Shown: one piece after another, positions 1-8,063 of the stretch
Layout: every line of letters starts with the position of its first letter
Numbering within the stretch: the first letter of the stretch is position 1
IMG/VR virus record: IMGVR_UViG_3300014625_000033
Direction: 5' to 3' (one strand)
Source of the DNA: a virus
Lineage: Duplodnaviria; Heunggongvirae; Uroviricota; Caudoviricetes
DNA: 12,579 bases
Translations under genes and position numbers: made by a program
The notes under the pieces: model-generated
Told to the model about the DNA's origin: nothing
What the model saw: only the letters and a program-made list of their open reading frames with translations
The model's database searches: none

Positions 1-174
1 CTAGATTAAATCAATCTTGATATCATAGCTTTCAAGACCAGTCATTTTTTCCCGTGCAGTAAACTGGATACTGGTAACTTCTTTCCCGGTCTTTTTCTTA
101 AGCTCAATGATTTTTTTTGTTATATATTCAGAAATATCTGCTTCTGTTTTTGTTTTTAACTCTTCAATGTTCAT
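1..174 (-). CDS. gnsB: GnsA/GnsB family small protein, 57 aa (MNIEELKTKTEADISEYI...FTAREKMTGLESYDIKIDLI)
   Basis: Translation closely resembles the E. coli GnsA/GnsB sequence as I recall it. Tandem ATGs at 177 and 174; SD AAGAGGA just upstream; stop TAG at 3..1. The ORF-track upstream extension is probably not translated. Confidence 0.75.
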   Translation of the reverse strand: MNIEELKTKTEADISEYITKKIIELKKKTGKEVTSIQFTAREKMTGLESYDIKIDLI

Positions 175-346
175 CATTTCCTCTTTTAGTCTGTTATGAC
201 TGTCCTGGTACACAGTAGTGTCAATTATATGGAGCAAACGTATAAAAGATAAGATGAAACATCGCAATAATCAACATACGACGGTCTAAATTTCACACAA
301 ACAGATAAAGATGATTATCATTTATTATCAATGCATTAGAATCAAA

Positions 347-577
347 TCAATTCAAGAGTCTCATTGCTGCTTCCAGAATTTCTTCTGAAGTTACATGTCG
401 ATCCGCTGCTACATAAATGACTTTATGATCTCCGGTCAGAGATGGAAACCCTGCAGCCATTACAGTGAGGTGTGTTGTTTCGCCATTTGGATATTCACGC
501 ATGATGGTGTTAACTCCGGTCATCACTGGCACTACCATTGCTGGTTCAGAGTTAAAAAAAACTATTATTTTTTTCAT
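347..577 (-). CDS. ynfN: Small prophage protein, 76 aa from ATG at 577 (MKKIIVFFNSEPAMVVPVMTGV...); probable YnfN-like gene by synteny
   Basis: Intact ORF between gnsB and cspI, as in K-12 Qin. The ORF-track start at 616 is GTG; the first ATG is at 577. Naming rests on synteny only; the K-12 protein is shorter (51 aa as I recall). Confidence 0.5.
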   Translation of the reverse strand: MKKIIVFFNSEPAMVVPVMTGVNTIMREYPNGETTHLTVMAAGFPSLTGDHKVIYVAADRHVTSEEILEAAMRLLN

Positions 578-620
578 AATGTTACCGTAATATGTGAGTA
601 TCCATCGACTAGACACTAAG

Positions 621-641
621 CAAAAAAGCTCCCGAAGGAGC
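621..641 (-). terminator. Intrinsic terminator-like hairpin GCTCC-cgaa-GGAGC, followed on the minus strand by a T6 run
   Basis: Perfect 5-bp GC-rich stem with 4-nt loop; plus strand reads caaaaaaGCTCCcgaaGGAGCcttcatttt, so it is flanked by A/T runs in both orientations. Lies about 200 nt downstream of the cspI stop and directly abuts the ynfN-like start. Confidence 0.5.
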
Positions 642-848
642 CTTCATTTTCACTTTCTTAAATCTAACGACAGATGGCTAACATTTAAGTATTGTGAAAT
701 ATTATCAAATGTAATCATCATTGATTTACAAAAGATACATTTTGCCCCGAAAGGATTTCTGTCAGAAACATCAAAAGATGATGTTCTATACTGAGAACCA
801 TGGCAACACGGGCATCTAAAGTGAATATGGTTTGTAATATTTTCTACC

Positions 849-1061
849 TCAAAGTGCCACTACATGAACAGCTGCAGGGCCTTTAGGTCCGTTCTCAATA
901 CCAAATTCGACTTCCTGATTCTCAGTTAACGTTTTGAAATCGTTGCTCTGAATAGCTGAGAAATGCACAAACACATCTTTGCTACCATCTTTCGGCGTGA
1001 TGAAACCAAAACCTTTTTCAGGGTTAAACCATTTCACTAAACCAGTCATTTTGTTAGACAT
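849..1061 (-). CDS. cspI: Cold-shock protein CspI (CspA family, S1-like cold-shock domain), 70 aa
   Basis: Translation [70 protein letters not shown] carries the RNP1/RNP2 motifs (KGFGFI, VFVHF) and matches CspI as I recall it. SD AAGG upstream of the tandem ATGs. Confidence 0.9.
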   Translation of the reverse strand: MSNKMTGLVKWFNPEKGFGFITPKDGSKDVFVHFSAIQSNDFKTLTENQEVEFGIENGPKGPAAVHVVAL

Positions 1062-1204
1062 CATTATTACCTTTTGAAGAAGTTAGCCCTTGGGCAGAAT
1101 GGTCCGAAAAAAAATATCAGAAAGAAAAACCAACAAGGAAATCTCAAGAGGTACAAATAATAAAATTATAACAATGACTGCTTCAGATAATTTTGTAACA
1201 AACC

Positions 1205-1241
1205 AGAACACCATTAACGCATGATTAACCAACCATAGCAA
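1205..1241 (-). promoter_or_regulatory. Candidate cspA-type promoter for cspI: -35 TTGCTA (1241..1236), 17-bp spacer, -10 GTTAAT (1218..1213), AT-rich UP-like region upstream; predicts a 5'UTR of about 145 nt
   Basis: Minus-strand read: TTGCTAtggttggttaatcatgcGTTAAT. This resembles the cspA promoter architecture (TTGCAT / CTTAAT), and the predicted leader length matches the long leaders typical of cold-shock genes. Confidence 0.4.
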
Positions 1242-1424
1242 GGATTACTTTTGTAAAGAAAAACACACGAATGAAACAATAGCTTTATTTATTAATAAAA
1301 CGTGTCATTCTGTCTAATGACCTTTTATCTTACCCTTAAGATTTCAAGGATTTTGACTCATGGAAGAGTCCTTTTTATTTAAATTTCACATTCAGCGCTA
1401 AAAATAATCCGATTTAATATTAAT

Positions 1425-2448
<1,024 letters not shown>

Positions 2449-2452
<4 letters not shown>

Positions 2453-2760
2453 AGATATTTATGATGAGGACGCTCGTGCTTATTGGCAGGATTTTCAATC
2501 TTAAAGGAGTACTGATGCTGCAGATAAGACTCAACTTTTTCTGACAATTTTTCTGCTACTTCCAGGAAGACTTGCCGGACGCTCATTCTGGCTGCTGCCT
2601 CATAAAACTCCAGCGCAGCTCCTTCAACACGGTCCATGGCGACATCCAGGCCAAAAATTTCACCGTCAAAGCGTTCTTTGTCCTGTAAGGCTACAGTTAC
2701 CGTAACTTTATTCTCAAAATTACGGACTCCTTTCACAACCAGTTCATAGTCTTGAGTCAT
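2449..2760 (-). CDS. ydfR: YdfR-like protein (DUF1327) sitting between holin and endolysin, 103 aa
   Basis: Intact ORF with strong SD (GAGGAGAG) 4 nt after the holin stop; position matches K-12 Qin ydfR. Function unknown. Confidence 0.7.
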
Positions 2761-2764
2761 TGGA

Positions 2765-2980
2765 TTACTCTCCTCTCGCAGCCTTACGCCTGTCTTCTTT
2801 AATCTTGAAATAAAGATTTGTCAGATACGTCAGCATGCCAAATACCAGACTACCCAATACACCTATTGCCGCCCACTGTGAGGGCGTGACTTTATCGAGC
2901 AACTGTAAAAACCAGTAGCCAGCACTGCCTGCAGAGGTGCTGTAGGCGATGCCCGTTGTTAACTTATCCATGGATTTCAT
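2765..2980 (-). CDS. essQ: Class II pinholin (phage 21 S21-like) with dual-start motif MKSM, 71/68 aa
   Basis: [71 protein letters not shown] has two TM segments and matches S21 as I recall it. ATGs at 2980 and 2971; strong SD GGAGGTGAGG. The ORF-track upstream extension is not used. Confidence 0.85.
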   Translation of the reverse strand: MKSMDKLTTGIAYSTSAGSAGYWFLQLLDKVTPSQWAAIGVLGSLVFGMLTYLTNLYFKIKEDRRKAARGE

Positions 2981-3070
2981 AGCCTCACCTCCGCAGATAA
3001 CGGATGGTGTACACGGTTTGGTTCGAAGAAGGAAAGAAGTTACATTAGCGTAAGGCCCGAACATCTATTC

Positions 3071-3101
3071 AAAAAGAAAAACGCCAGCAATTATTCTGGC
3101 G
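3071..3101 (-). terminator. Intrinsic terminator downstream of the AraC-family gene: hairpin CGCCAG-(8 nt)-CTGGCG followed on the minus strand by a T-rich run (TTTTTCTTTTT)
   Basis: Plus strand reads aaaaagaaaaaCGCCAGcaattattCTGGCG. It sits between the cargo gene and the holin start. Confidence 0.5.
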
Positions 3102-3170
3102 TAGCTAAAAATATCGTATAATCTTACACTTCAAAAAATAACTTTATAAAATACCATCACATCATATCTT

Positions 3171-3884
3171 CTAAGAAAATCTTGATAAATATTGGTGCGG
3201 AGGCACACCAAAATATCCTCTAAAAACACTTACAAAATATGATGCATTGTCATACCCGCATATTCCCGCCACCTTGCCGACAGTATGGTTACTGTAGATC
3301 AATAATCTTTGCGCCATCATCATTCGTTCTTCAAGAATTAATTTACTAAACGATAATCCTTCGTCTTTTAATTTTCTTTTTAACAAACTCTCGCTCATAT
3401 ATAATCTTGAAGATATATCACAAAGTCTCCATGACGCAGAGATATCCGAGTGAATAATAGCCTTAACTTTACAACCTAAGCTATTAAGACTTCCGAACAA
3501 AAAACTTTGCACTATTTTCTCTGAAGATAAGACAGCAAGACATGCAAGTGATATTTGATTTCTAACTACATCCACGGTTTTGCTATCACAATTCAAGCAT
3601 GCAACCAAGTTCTTTAACAATGAAAAATCTTCACATTCTACTATCAAGTATGACGGATAAAACCTTCTTACAGAAAAAGGTGAGAGTGTGTAGTTTTTAA
3701 AGAAATCATTAACTGTTTTCTCCTCAACATCTACGATCATTAGATGATCTGTATTTGACGAAAAAAGATCTTTTAAATTGTATTCAATGAGGACAGCATT
3801 TCCTTTTTTAAACAAAATATCTTCTTTACCAATTCGGACACCAAACGAGTTCAACACCAAAATGATAGAACATATGTATGGCAT
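3171..3884 (-). CDS. AraC/XylS-family transcriptional regulator (AppY/Rns-like short type), 237 aa from ATG at 3884; markedly AT-rich cargo gene
   Basis: C-terminal double HTH typical of AraC/XylS (…SESLLKRKLKDEGLSFSKLILEERMMMAQRLL…VGKVAGICGYDNASYFVSVFRGYFGVPPHQYLSRF). SD AGGTGGA precedes the ATG at 3884; the ORF-track start at 3893 is GTG. Base composition is far lower in GC than the flanking phage genes. Confidence 0.8.
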   Translation of the reverse strand: MPYICSIILVLNSFGVRIGKEDILFKKGNAVLIEYNLKDLFSSNTDHLMIVDVEEKTVNDFFKNYTLSPFSVRRFYPSYLIVECEDFSLLKNLVACLNCDSKTVDVVRNQISLACLAVLSSEKIVQSFLFGSLNSLGCKVKAIIHSDISASWRLCDISSRLYMSESLLKRKLKDEGLSFSKLILEERMMMAQRLLIYSNHTVGKVAGICGYDNASYFVSVFRGYFGVPPHQYLSRFS

Positions 3885-4290
3885 ATTATCCACCTGATAT
3901 CATTGGGGTTACACCAGGTAAGTATAGGTGGAAAATCAATATTCGCCAGTTCAACAATAAGGAAAATCTCATTGCATCACAACTATAAAACCATGTGTTT
4001 AACTCACAAAAAACAAATCATTAAACTAATCTGTTATATTATAATAGCTGCGTGCAATAATAATATTATATGCTCTTAATATTCACTTGAAATATCTTCA
4101 TATAAAAACAGATTGAATAAAATCTTTTGGGGCTGGTATGTTTACCAACATTAAATTGCATCTCAATGTTTTCTTTAGCGTGAACAGGATTTTTATAAAA
4201 ACTGACACTATGAGCATCATAGCGTAGTTTTTACGATTGTAAATATCCTGCATACAGGAACTCATCACTTTCAGATGATATCGCATACAG

Positions 4291-5250
4291 TTAATTCACC
4301 ATCAGTCTTAGAGCCAGTTCTTCCGGATAGGGATCGAAGTAGTTCTGTGTAAGCAAGTAATCATTAGGATACTCACCCAGATAATGCTTCAGCAGAGTCA
4401 ACGGCGCAAGAAGAGGCAATGTGCCAAAGCGATAGTTAAGTATAACCTCGCTCAACTCTTTACGCTGGCGTGTACTTAAGTAATTACTAAAATACCCCTG
4501 TATATGCATCAGCACATTCGTGTGATTTTTACGTGATGCTGGTTTTCTGAGAATCGCCATCAGATTATCACGATACACCTCAAAGTATGATTCAAGGTCC
4601 GCCCACTCGTGTATTGCAGCCACAAATGGTCCCATATCTTTATAGCCTGCCTGGCTATGCGCCAACAACTGAAGCTTATAACGACTATGAAAAGCTAATA
4701 ACTCTCTTCTTGATAATTTCTCCTTGTAAAGGTGATTGAGCTCATGCAAAGCAAAAACTCTTTCAATAAAATTCTCACGAAGCACTGGATCATGTAATCG
4801 CCCATCCTCTTCAACCGGTAGCCAGGAAAACTTTTCCATCAAAGTGCTCGTAAATAGTCCCACTCCATCTTTACGACCTCGATTACCATTTTCATCATAG
4901 ACACGCACGCGCTCCATGCCACAGCTGGGAGATTTAGCACAAACCACAAACCCCGATACATCCTTTAATTTGTCCATATAAGAACGACTAAACTCTGTCA
5001 TTCTCTCTGTCACATCCTCATTCTGGTCGTGGCTGAAACACATCCGTATATTTCCTTGCTTCGAGCGCACAAGTCGTAGAGCAGGACGCGGAACTGGCAG
5101 CCCTATAGCCATTTCCGGACATACTGGTCTGAATGTTACCCATTCCACTAATTTGTCCATTAAAAAGTCATCTCTTTTGTGACCACCATCAAAACGAACA
5201 GCAGAACCGCCCAAACAACCGCTGATCCCAATCACAGGTTTTTTTATCAT
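4291..5250 (-). CDS. DUF523 (TudS-like, putative [4Fe-4S] thio-nucleobase desulfurase fold) fused to DUF1722 (YbgA-like), 319 aa
   Basis: N-terminus MIKKPVIGISGCLGGSAVRFDGGHK with further conserved Cys in PVCPEM and VVCAKSPSCG matches the DUF523/TudS pattern; the C-terminal half resembles DUF1722/YbgA. Strong SD GGGGGAGGA before the ATG at 5250. Confidence 0.75.
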   Translation of the reverse strand: MIKKPVIGISGCLGGSAVRFDGGHKRDDFLMDKLVEWVTFRPVCPEMAIGLPVPRPALRLVRSKQGNIRMCFSHDQNEDVTERMTEFSRSYMDKLKDVSGFVVCAKSPSCGMERVRVYDENGNRGRKDGVGLFTSTLMEKFSWLPVEEDGRLHDPVLRENFIERVFALHELNHLYKEKLSRRELLAFHSRYKLQLLAHSQAGYKDMGPFVAAIHEWADLESYFEVYRDNLMAILRKPASRKNHTNVLMHIQGYFSNYLSTRQRKELSEVILNYRFGTLPLLAPLTLLKHYLGEYPNDYLLTQNYFDPYPEELALRLMVN

Positions 5251-5442
5251 TTCCTCCCCCTTGACTAATTCATTAACACATAAACTTTGTAGTGCACGGA
5301 CTAAATTGCCTTTCTGGCTTCATCACTGACAATTTTTCTGTTATTGACTATTCCTAATATAGTAGGAAAGTTCTTTAAGTGATCGGTCGTACTCATCTAT
5401 CTTTCATACTTACTCTCAACTATCAAAAGTACAGGATTTATT

Positions 5443-5967
5443 ATGAAGTTATGGCCTGTGTTGACTGGCATTGCACTCTCTTTCACTCTTATAGCATGTA
5501 AGGCCCCGACACCACCTAAAGGTGTGCAGCCGATTACAAATTTTGACGCCAACCGCTACCTCGGAAAATGGTATGAAATAGCTCGCCTCGAGAACTGGTT
5601 CGAACGTGGTCTGGAACAGGTCAGCGCTACTTATGAAAAACGGAACGACGGAGGGATTCGCGTACTTAACCGTGGATACGATCCAACGAAAAACAAATGG
5701 AGCGAGAGCGAAGGTAAAGCATACTTTACTGGAGATACTAAAACTGCAGCGTTGAAAGTTTCGTTTTTTGGCCCCTTCTATGGTGGCTATAATGTAATCA
5801 AACTGGATGATGAGTATAAGTATGCTCTTGTCAGTGGTCCGAACAGAGAATACCTATGGATTCTGGCAAGGACCCAAACTATTCCAGATAATGTAAAAGC
5901 AGACTATGTGCGTACCGCTCAAAAGTTGGGATTCAATGTCAATGAACTATTATGGGTTAAACAATAA
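5443..5967 (+). CDS. blc: Bacterial lipocalin (Blc family) outer-membrane lipoprotein, 174 aa
   Basis: Lipoprotein signal with lipobox LIAC, then lipocalin motifs (FDANRYLGKWYEIARLENWFERG; KVSFFGPFYGGYNVIKLD; YLWILARTQ), nearly collinear with E. coli Blc as I recall it. SD AGGA 7 nt upstream. Transcribed opposite to all flanking phage genes. Confidence 0.85.
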   Translation: MKLWPVLTGIALSFTLIACKAPTPPKGVQPITNFDANRYLGKWYEIARLENWFERGLEQVSATYEKRNDGGIRVLNRGYDPTKNKWSESEGKAYFTGDTKTAALKVSFFGPFYGGYNVIKLDDEYKYALVSGPNREYLWILARTQTIPDNVKADYVRTAQKLGFNVNELLWVKQ

Positions 5968-5995
5968 AATCCCCACCCGAAATGATACTTATTAG

Positions 5996-6022
5996 AAAAA
6001 AACCAGCCTTTGGGGAGGCTGG
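5996..6022 (-). terminator. Intrinsic terminator (candidate tR') downstream of the Q gene: minus strand CCAGCC-tccccaaa-GGCTGG followed by T7
   Basis: Plus strand reads aaaaaaaCCAGCCtttggggAGGCTGG. It lies about 100 nt downstream of the Q stop, where lambdoid phages place PR'/qut/tR'. It also lies just downstream of the convergent blc-like gene. Confidence 0.55.
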
Positions 6023-6122
6023 CTAAATCAGGAAACAAGCTGTTATATGATAATAACTACGTTGCGATTCCAACATTTAAAATGTTAGACTAATGAAAAT
6101 CAGACAGCAACTTTTCCTTTAA
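6023..6122 (-). promoter_or_regulatory. Candidate late promoter PR' / qut region between Q and the terminator
   Basis: Positional inference from lambdoid architecture. Minus strand contains TTGGAA-(17-18 nt)-CATATA-like elements, but I could not pick a single convincing -35/-10 pair. Confidence 0.3.
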
Positions 6123-6500
6123 TTATTTCGAACAATCAGCATCCATCTCCAATCGGAGATCCAACACCATCAGCATGCCCTCCACTACGCCCTCAGCTTT
6201 CTGGAGCATCCTGCCAACCCAACAATCAGATCGCCCATGCTTACGTGCAAGCGCCATAAAAGTCATGCCGCCGACATAATAGTCCACCAATAAATCATGT
6301 AAATCGCTGTTGTTTTTTTTCAGGCGAGCCATACATTCACAAATGATCATCGCGTCATCGTCACAGCATTGCGGACGAGATCTTACTTTTGAAGGAATTA
6401 ATCCCTTAAAACCGGCGGCAATGGACGACCAGGTCACATCTTCATGATTATTAGCCGCCCATGCCCCCCAACGCTCAAGAACCATCTGAATATCACGCAT
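6123..6500 (-). CDS. quuQ: Late-gene antiterminator Q (phage 82 / QuuD family), 125 aa from ATG at 6500
   Basis: [63 protein letters not shown]... matches the QuuD/QuuQ sequence as I recall it, including the Cys-rich zinc motif. SD GGAG precedes the ATG at 6500; the ORF-track start at 6515 is TTG. Confidence 0.85.
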   Translation of the reverse strand: MRDIQMVLERWGAWAANNHEDVTWSSIAAGFKGLIPSKVRSRPQCCDDDAMIICECMARLKKNNSDLHDLLVDYYVGGMTFMALARKHGRSDCWVGRMLQKAEGVVEGMLMVLDLRLEMDADCSK

Positions 6501-6517
6501 CAACTTACTCCACAAAA

Positions 6518-7522
6518 TTAGGCCAGCACACCAATTGCCAGCGCGCGATCGATAAATCGAAAAATCAGCTCCAGTTGGGAGCCATACTTCTCTTCAAATG
6601 CCACGGTATCCGTATGCAACTCGTCGTGATGCTTTCTGCACAAAGGCAAAACAAAGAGATCATGTGCTTTGGTTCCCATTCCGCCCTGCCCGTGACCAAT
6701 CAGATGATGCGGATCGTCGGCTGGCATACCGCAGCAAGCACACGGCTGTGTCTTAACCCAGCGTGTGTATTTCTCCTTAACCCACCGGTGACGTTTAGGC
6801 AGCTTCATGAAAGATTCCGGAGACTCTGGATCAACGGTGATGCTTACCACCGTCTTTTCCTGTGATGGGTTTTGTTGCTGGTGGGCGTGAGGCAACGGTG
6901 CAAGATTTTTTGTGCGCTGTTTCAATATGCTGGTGGCGGTCTGCTCTCCCGGTACGATGTCGCTTTCGCGGTACACCGAGCAGATTTTTTCCGCTGGTAA
7001 TCCCAGCGAGCGACGTAATACCGCTTCCGGTAGCGCGTCCGCCAGCTGATTGCGGACCGCCCACCAGGATAATTCAGCCAGAGATAATTCACGCTCCTGC
7101 GTACCGCTTATTGCGTGACCGATGACGTCAATCATCCATGCTGACAGGTTTTGATGAGCAAGTTGCTCGAGTGATTCGGATGTCTGGTCACGCAGCTGGT
7201 TGTCGCAGTGCCAGCACAACACCATTGCGCCGGTACCATATCGGTGAATAACGGTTTCGCTGTGATGATAATCGCCGTGTGGCCACTGGCAGGATTTAAT
7301 ATGGCGCAACAGCCAGTCAGACAATGCACCAGCACCACCAGCAGCACGAATTACCCGTGCGTTACTGAAAAACGGCAGCAATGTTTTGTCTTCCACCAGC
7401 GGCTGGCGAACGGCAGGAACGACCCCGGACGGCAGATTACGCATGCTTTTCGGTTCCGGCTCCACCAGTACCCGGGTATTGTGGAATACCGGCATGGATT
7501 CACGGCCCGGCTTAACGACCAC
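6518..7522 (-). CDS. ydfU: YdfU-like DUF968 protein with C-terminal HNH-like Cys/His motif, 334 aa (GTG at 7522; alternative ATG at 7495)
   Basis: C-terminus [22 protein letters not shown]...[10 protein letters not shown] has CxxC...HH...C..HH spacing typical of HNH nucleases. Position between rem and Q matches K-12 Qin. Confidence 0.75.
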   Translation of the reverse strand: MVVKPGRESMPVFHNTRVLVEPEPKSMRNLPSGVVPAVRQPLVEDKTLLPFFSNARVIRAAGGAGALSDWLLRHIKSCQWPHGDYHHSETVIHRYGTGAMVLCWHCDNQLRDQTSESLEQLAHQNLSAWMIDVIGHAISGTQERELSLAELSWWAVRNQLADALPEAVLRRSLGLPAEKICSVYRESDIVPGEQTATSILKQRTKNLAPLPHAHQQQNPSQEKTVVSITVDPESPESFMKLPKRHRWVKEKYTRWVKTQPCACCGMPADDPHHLIGHGQGGMGTKAHDLFVLPLCRKHHDELHTDTVAFEEKYGSQLELIFRFIDRALAIGVLA

Positions 7523-7772
7523 CAGCCCGAGTTCCGGTATCCCTGGTGTCGATAGCCTTCCAGCGTTCGAATATCTTCACTCGATTAACGCTAAGCGCTC
7601 GCTGATCAACCGCGCCACCTTCATATGTGACACGCTGAACATCGATGTTCGGGCGCTCTTTCAAAGCCCAGAATGCTTCAGTGATTAATATCGTCGCCTG
7701 CTCCTGTGTCATTCCTGGTCGACATATCCAGGCATCCAGAGCCTCACGAGCCTGTTCAGGAGTGATTTTCAT
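7512..7772 (-). CDS. rem: Rem-like small protein, 86 aa
   Basis: ATG at 7772; translation MKITPEQAREALDAWICRPGMTQEQATILITEAFWALKERPNIDVQRVTYEGG... Synteny with K-12 Qin rem. It overlaps both neighbours (dicC-like 3' end and ydfU 5' end). Confidence 0.6.
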   Translation of the reverse strand: MKITPEQAREALDAWICRPGMTQEQATILITEAFWALKERPNIDVQRVTYEGGAVDQRALSVNRVKIFERWKAIDTRDTGTRAGGR

Positions 7773-7983
7773 TGTTCAACCGCCCCGCCCGCTTCGTCTT
7801 ACGATATTCGTCATAAACTTTGGGATCATACTGAAGCTCCCCGCCAGATGCCTCCTGTAGACGCATCGCGCGACCTTCAGGAACCAGTATCCCCCAAGCA
7901 GCAACACTTGCCAGTCTCACTCCTGCGGCATTGGCAAGCTTTGTTTTGCTGCCAAAAAAAGTAATTGCGTCAACTTTAAGCAT
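7756..7983 (-). CDS. dicC: Cro-like regulator DicC (YdaS/DicC family), 75 aa from ATG at 7983
   Basis: Small ORF divergent from the dicA-like repressor across an operator-containing intergenic region; SD AGAGGGGG; length about 76 aa as for DicC. Identification is by position, size and partial sequence recall. Confidence 0.7.
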   Translation of the reverse strand: MLKVDAITFFGSKTKLANAAGVRLASVAAWGILVPEGRAMRLQEASGGELQYDPKVYDEYRKTKRAGRLNNENHS

Positions 7984-7996
7984 CAAAGCCCCCTCT

Positions 7997-8014
7997 TGTT
8001 AGACTTTTCTAACA
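7997..8014. promoter_or_regulatory. Operator-like palindrome TGTTAGA-cttt-TCTAACA in the dicC/dicA divergent promoter region
   Basis: Perfect 7-bp inverted repeat with 4-bp spacer, 14 nt from the dicC-like start codon; the same half-sites recur downstream of dicA (8507..8526). Confidence 0.55.
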
Positions 8015-8063
8015 TTATTGTGCGCGGGATACCTAAGTCAAGAAAAATTAGAATTACCTAACT

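Noticed and set aside
395-794. Plus-strand ORFs 395..619 and 594..794
   Set aside because: Antisense to or overlapping the ynfN-like gene and the cspI terminator region; no SD, and unusual composition (Cys/Trp/His-rich in the first). Judged spurious.
1321-1424. Short hairpin GACTC-atggaa-GAGTC followed by a T-run on the + strand (about 1356-1380)
   Set aside because: Only a 5-bp stem, and oriented for a + strand transcript although no + strand gene lies upstream; not convincing as a terminator. Could still be a weak structure in the cspI upstream region.
2981-3064. N-terminal extension of the holin ORF in the ORF track (99-aa version)
   Set aside because: The extension has no SD; the strong SD and the conserved MKSM dual start are at 2980/2971.
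4098-4286. 62-aa ORF on the minus strand starting 4 nt after the DUF523/DUF1722 stop (MRYHLKVMSSCMQDIYNRK...)
   Set aside because: It lies in the very AT-rich upstream/promoter region of the AraC-family gene, has a weak SD and a composition typical of random AT-rich ORFs. It could be a coupled small membrane peptide, but I could not support it from sequence alone.
6461-7860. Multiple alternative-frame ORFs (6461..6865+, 6831..7064-, 6862..7125+, 7132..7347-, 7208..7555+, 7386..7688+, 7645..7860+)
   Set aside because: All lie inside or antisense to the ydfU/rem/dicC coding regions, which have clear phage-type products; Arg/Cys-rich translations typical of off-frame GC-rich sequence.
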